Assembly: GCF_006345805.1 (NCBI RefSeq)
Contig: NW_021824350.1
Coordinates: forward strand, 1 to 21,103
Direction: 5' to 3'
Source: Octopus sinensis
Lineage: Eukaryota
DNA: 21,103 nt
The notes under the pieces were generated by a model. That model was not told the origin of the DNA. It searched no databases and saw only the letters and a program-made list of their open reading frames with translations. Each line of letters starts with the position of its first letter. The first letter of the stretch is position 1. Below are positions 19,564 to 21,103 of this stretch, piece by piece. The translations under genes were made by a program, and so were the position numbers.

Positions 19564-20376
19564 ATAAGCGATGTGCAGAGCGACGAGCGGGATAGATGAC
19601 ACGATGAAGGATGGATAGAGCGATAGATCGAAATGTGTAGCTTTATGCATACAATCAAGGACGTATACTTTAAACCACGTGATTCAATTCTAAAGGCATA
19701 AACTTCCTGGTAGTTCAGAGGACGCAGTTTATGCACTTTTATCAGATAATTGGGTTTTAATTAAGGGAAGTAAACTTCCGGTTGTACTTAATTTTTACAG
19801 AATGTGATTATATTCTATACATTTTTTTAATGCAACACGATTATATTTTGAGGTATGCACTTCCTGATTGGTTTAGAGAATGTAATTCAACCTTAGTGTT
19901 TATTAGGGAACGGTTCTGTTTTACAGATAATTTCTGTACTGTTGCTTCATTGAAAAGATATGTAATTCCTGTCTTTTGTCTATATTTTTTATACAGAATG
20001 TTTCTATTTAATAACCATGCACTTCCTATTTGTTTTTAGAGAGTACGATCCTATGTATAGTTCAAAATTTTACAAATAAACTAAAAACAAAAGATAGAGA
20101 CAGCTGAGGGAACAAGAAACAAAGTGTATTAGTTTGACGCTAAGGGAAAAAATGGACGTTTCAAACCTACGCTCTTCTATATAAAGGAATAGGGAAGGAA
20201 AAAGAGACGGAGAGAGGAAAAAACAGGGAGGAAAAGGTTATTGGGATAAGTGATGGCACACATACGTAGTTATTGACCTTTTCATGAAAATATGGTTTTC
20301 TACACACCTTTGCCGACAGAACGGTTCATTTTAGAGGCATGGAGAGAATTCGGTGCCATATATAGGTTTAAAACAG

Positions 20377-20602
20377 CGGCGAGCTGGCAGAAACCTTAGC
20401 ATGCCGGGCGAAATGCGTAGCCGTATTTCGTCTGTCGTTATGTTCCGAGTTCAAATTCCGCCGAGGTCGACTTTGCCTTTCATCCTTTCGGGGTCGATAA
20501 ATTAAGTACCAGTTACGGACTGGGGTCGATGTAATCGACTTAATCCGTTTGTCTGTCCTTGTTTGTCCCCTCTGTGTTTAGCCCCTTGTGGGCAGTAAAG
20601 AA
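20377..20602 (+). mobile_element. tRNA-derived SINE (family 3) with a perfect 19-bp TSD; central domain resembles the Meta/MESC domain
   Basis: A box-like agctggcagaa and B box-like gagttcaaattcc, central gcctttcatcctttcggggtcgataaattaagtaccag. Flanked by atatataggtttaaaacag at 20358-20376 and 20603-20621. The domain name is from memory and unverified. Confidence 0.9.
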
Positions 20603-20672
20603 ATATATAGGTTTAAAACAGAACGGTCCTATTTCAGAGTCATCCACACGCTGACTTTTTCAGAAGAATAGA

Positions 20673-20723
20673 TTATACGTGTATCGTTTAAAACATAAGG
20701 CTCCATATTACATTCAGCCGGTT

Positions 20724-20771
<48 letters not shown>

Positions 20772-20922
20772 GGGATTTTAGCTCCCATGCTTATTTTACC
20801 ACGGTTTTAGATATTTCAGGTACATTCAGTTCCCTCTTTTACTTTAAAGAAAATTCAGTTCTAATATAGTTTATACATGTATCGTTTAAAACATAAGGTT
20901 CCATATTAAATTCAGCCGGCTG

Positions 20923-20953
<31 letters not shown>

Positions 20954-21103
20954 GGGATTTTAGCTCCCATGCTTATTTTACCACGGTTTTAGATATTTCA
21001 GGTACATGCTGTTTGCTGTTCCCTCTTTTACTTTAAAGAAAATTCAGTTCTAATATAGTTTATACATGTATCGTTTAAAACATAAGGTTCCATATTAAAT
21101 TCA
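20673..21103. repeat. Tandem array of a ~190-200-bp unit containing a variable (CT)n, at least 2.2 copies, running off the window
   Basis: ttatac(g/a)tgtatcgtttaaaacataagg starts at 20673, 20871 and 21060 (periods 198 and 189). Confidence 0.95.

Overview
Eukaryotic, AT-rich, repeat-dense DNA. The tRNA-derived SINE families and microsatellite load look like an octopus (coleoid cephalopod) genome. That attribution is recalled family knowledge, not a search result. No complete gene is supported, and almost all ORFs in the track are translations of (TA)n, (CA)n, (CT)n or minisatellites. Mobile elements: about ten copies of one tRNA-headed SINE, two other SINE families (one nested with a TSD, one young with a 19-bp TSD), three kinds of Tc1/mariner relic, a non-autonomous Helitron-like element, the 3' end of a CR1-group-like LINE, and an element embedded in (AAT)n. 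Structure: a ~2.0-kb tandem duplication with its junction inside a SINE head, three complex tandem arrays and a 2.9-kb polypyrimidine tract. Best coding candidate: a + strand 153-nt exon (16984-17136) with strong splice sites whose most protein-like frame has one TAA. I found no convincing novel system. The best leads are the LINE/SINE shared tail, the fold-back at the LINE 5' end, the SINE-mediated duplication and the stop-containing exon. Indel-rich differences between duplicated copies suggest residual long-read errors, so frameshifts and stops should be treated cautiously.
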